Assembly (NCBI GenBank): GCA_016748015.1
Contig: JAAOMT010000639.1
Coordinates: 124,001-188,000, forward strand
From: Geosiphon pyriformis uo1
Lineage: Eukaryota; Fungi; Glomeromycota
Length of the DNA: 64,000 nucleotides
Direction: 5' to 3'
The notes beneath the pieces are model-generated. The model was not told the origin of the DNA. It saw only the letters and a list, made by a program, of their open reading frames with translations, and made no database searches. Made by a program: the position numbers and the translations under genes. Below, piece after piece: positions 61,101 through 64,000 of the stretch (its first letter is position 1; each line of letters opens with the position of its first letter).

Positions 61101-64000
61101 AGAAAGAAGAAAAGGGAAAAGTGAAAGAGAGGGAGGAAGAAAACACTCAAGCCAACAACACTTATATCTCATACACTTATGGTCAACAACAATCATTGAT
61201 CTATCACTGATCCAAACTGATATGCATTGATTGCGGCAAGAAATTGTCATCAATGGGCGTGTGCTGTGGCGACGATAAAGAATATCAGACGGCAACCAAG
61301 TTCTATTGCCGTGCATGCCATGTTGAACATTTTAGAAGACCAAAACAAGTGGGAAAATGGGATAATACACCATGTATAGCCTGTGGAGAAACTCTTCTTG
61401 ACAAAGGAATGTGGAACAACATTTTGGAGAGAAGAGGAATATGTGACGTGTTCTACCAATACACGATCCTCATCAGTGACTGGGTCAAGAAAGAAACACC
61501 CATAGAAGCTGCCTGGAGAAGAGCTGTACAGTGATTGGACAGTTGTCCACATAACAATAATGAAATTTGGAGAATGGCAATCAGCAAAATAAAAGGAGTG
61601 ACACCTAAAGAGATCAAAGAAATCAAAAACAACCCACCAGAATCCAACAAGTTTGACTGAGACGCAGAGCCAGTCATAAATTTTCTGGAACCAGAAGAGT
61701 TCCATAAACACTACCAAAACTTGGCACTCACTAGAGAAGAGCAAGAACAACAGCTAGCACAGTTGAATACAAGACTGTGTCACCATTGTTTAATTCCCAG
61801 TGACTTTGAATATTGTGACAATTGTGATTGCATTTACAATCCACCACCATGCATGATTTACACAATCCCTGAAGAGGAAGAGCCAATCAGCAGTTGCACA
61901 TCGGAGTTGGAATTGCCACTCGATCCCAATTCAAACCCTGACAATGACGATGATGAGAATAATGGTTCTAGCTCTGTTCAAAATGGCAATGACAAGGACA
62001 ACAATATCAACTCAGATTCAAACTCCGACTCAAACTATGAACAATATATTGCACTTTCTGACCTTACTAAGGAACAAGAACTGAAATGGTTCAGTGATAA
62101 TAATAAAGGTATTATGCCAGAATGCATACATGATATTGATGCAGGATTTGATTTGAGATATCCAGGAACAGAAGCCATCAAATTGGAACCACATATGCGC
62201 ATCTGCATCGATTTGAAAATAGCACTGGAAATTCCAGCAACAACAATAGTTCAATTAGCATCTAGAAGTAGTTTAACAAAAAGAGGAATTAATATAAAAG
62301 GAGGAATAATTGATGTGGAATATGTGGAAAATATTATTGCTATGCTACAAAATGACTCAAACAAGGCCTATATAATAGAGCTGAATGAAAAGATAGCACA
62401 GACAATATTTTTACCTTTGGTTAAGATAGTTCAGTTAGTACTGGTGAGAAACAGGGAAGAGTTAGGAATAACAGCAAAAGGGATACAGGGATTTGGGTCA
62501 ACGGGTAGAATAGATGTACCAGTTAATATGGCAGAGGAAAAAATTATTGGCCAAGGAGAAATTATTTCAACTGGCCAAGCTATTTTCATTCCACCATATA
62601 GCCAGTATATGCTAGCAATAGAAAAGAAAAAAAAAGAGCAAAAACAGATTTTTGAAGCTAAAGCAAGCCTTTGTGAATCAGGAAAGATTGGACTGATCAA
62701 TCTCTACATATCAGCCAAAAGCTATAGCCACATAAAAATTCCCATCTACAACAACACTGGCAATGTCATCAACATACCAGAAGAAACCACCATTGGATAT
62801 TTAACCACAGAAATAGAAGACCAACCACCAAACCCCATTCCAGACTTTCCACAACTTTGTGGATATGTTAACATCACATCACAAACAATCTATGGACAAG
62901 ATAAATGTTATTTACTCCAACCAAAACAATTGGAACAAATAAACATGGGAAACTTAGATCCATTCCAACATATGCAGCTCAAAATGTTGCTCAACAATTT
63001 CAAAGACATCTTTGCCAGTGAAAACAAGTTTGGCCGAACTGACATCATTCAGCATTAGATCAAGACTGGAGATGTAATGCCAATCAAACAAAGAGCATAC
63101 AGAGTGCCGCCAGCCAGCCACAAGATCATCCATCAAGAGATAAACCGAATGCTTGACAATGGGCTAATTCAACCATCAATAAGCCCATGGTTGTTACCAG
63201 TAGTACTTGTTCGTAAAAAGAATGGGAAAATCTGATTTTGTGTGGACTACAGGAAACTCAACAGTGTAATGCGTGGAGACAGCTATCCAACTCCACAAAT
63301 ACAGAAATTATTCGACACTTTTGGTGGGAACAAATGGTTTTCAACATAAGACTTGGACAGTGGTTATTGGCAAGTAGCTATGAATCCAGCTGACAAAGAG
63401 AAGACAGTATTCACCACTAGAGAAGGGAATTTTGAATTTGAAGTGATGCCATTTGGGTTAACCAACACACCAGCCACTTTTCAACAGCTAATGAAAATTG
63501 TCTATACTGGCTTATTGTGGAAATCAGTAGTTGTATACTTGGACAACACCAATGTATTCTCAAAAACATTTGATGATCATCTTCATCATCTTCAACAAAT
63601 GTTTGAAAAACTAAGAAGAGCACAGCTAAAGTTAAATGCAACAAAGTGCTTCTTTAGCAAGACAGAGCTAAAATTCTTGGGACACATAGTCAATAAAGAT
63701 GGCATCAAAACGGATCCAGAGAAAATAAAAATAGTAAAGAACTTTCCAGTACCAACCAATGTGACTAAATTGAAATCATTCTTGGGATTTGCGAGCTATT
63801 ATTGACACTTTATAAAAAACTTTTCAAAGATAGCTCAACCACTCAATAATCTGCAAACCAAGAATACCAAATATGAATGGACAGAAAGTCAACAAGAAGC
63901 TTTTGATATTCTCAAAAGAAAGCTCATTCAAGCTCTAGTACTGATCTATTCAGATCACAACAAACCATTCATCATTACTACTGATGCATCAAGCCAAGCA
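58133..64000 (+). pseudogene. A4 gag-pol, one frame with only nonsense lesions
   Basis: Track ORFs at 58133, 59327, 60170, 60734, 61244, 61721 and 63353 are all in the same frame. Confidence 0.9.
62108..62510 (+). pseudogene. dut: dUTPase domain of A4
   Basis: All five trimeric dUTPase motifs are recognisable: DAGFDL, ASRSSL, GGIIDVEY, EKIAQ, KGIQGFGSTG. Confidence 0.92.

Larger units (their letters stand above)
57184..64000 (+). mobile_element. A4: family-A element inserted in A3 gag; runs off the right edge
   Basis: 5' LTR 57184-58070 (TGTTACTCAT...CTGTAATA), PBS 58073-58089, then gag-pol. Confidence 0.92.

Noticed and set aside
5514-64000. Nested inserts mostly antisense to their host element (7 of 9)
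   Set aside because: Too few events, two exceptions, and the LINE cases are explained by the A-rich strand of L0 offering target sites.

Overview
Fungal DNA, most likely Glomeromycotina-like (inferred from the Rtt109 sequence and the style of the repeats; not database-checked). Only one host gene is visible: RTT109 (H3K56 acetyltransferase), minus strand, 1-1055, running off the left edge, with a probable GC-AG intron. The other ~63 kb is a stack of nested, decayed retroelements. An old minus-strand LINE (L0) survives as three pieces (3600-5513, 38769-39916, 46721-48173). It was hit by three plus-strand LINEs (L1b, L2, L3; APE-RT-RNase H-zinc finger) and by a Ty3/Gypsy element (A3). L2 is split by 25 kb of LTR elements: A1 contains A2 and a fragment C, and A2 contains B. 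A4 sits inside A3. Family A encodes one Gag-PR-Cys-rich-dUTPase-RT-RH-IN frame that appears to start at GTG. Family B has a -1 frameshift site between gag and pol. Both families share one primer-binding site, make 4-bp target duplications, and carry a ~210-codon non-Env ORF between integrase and the 3' LTR. Repeat decay is almost entirely C>T/G>A transitions (RIP-like). Strongest leads: the conserved extra ORF3; the Cys-rich plus dUTPase cassette; a pseudoknot reconstructed from five LINE 3' UTRs; the GUG-initiated Gag extension; and the transition-only mutagenesis.
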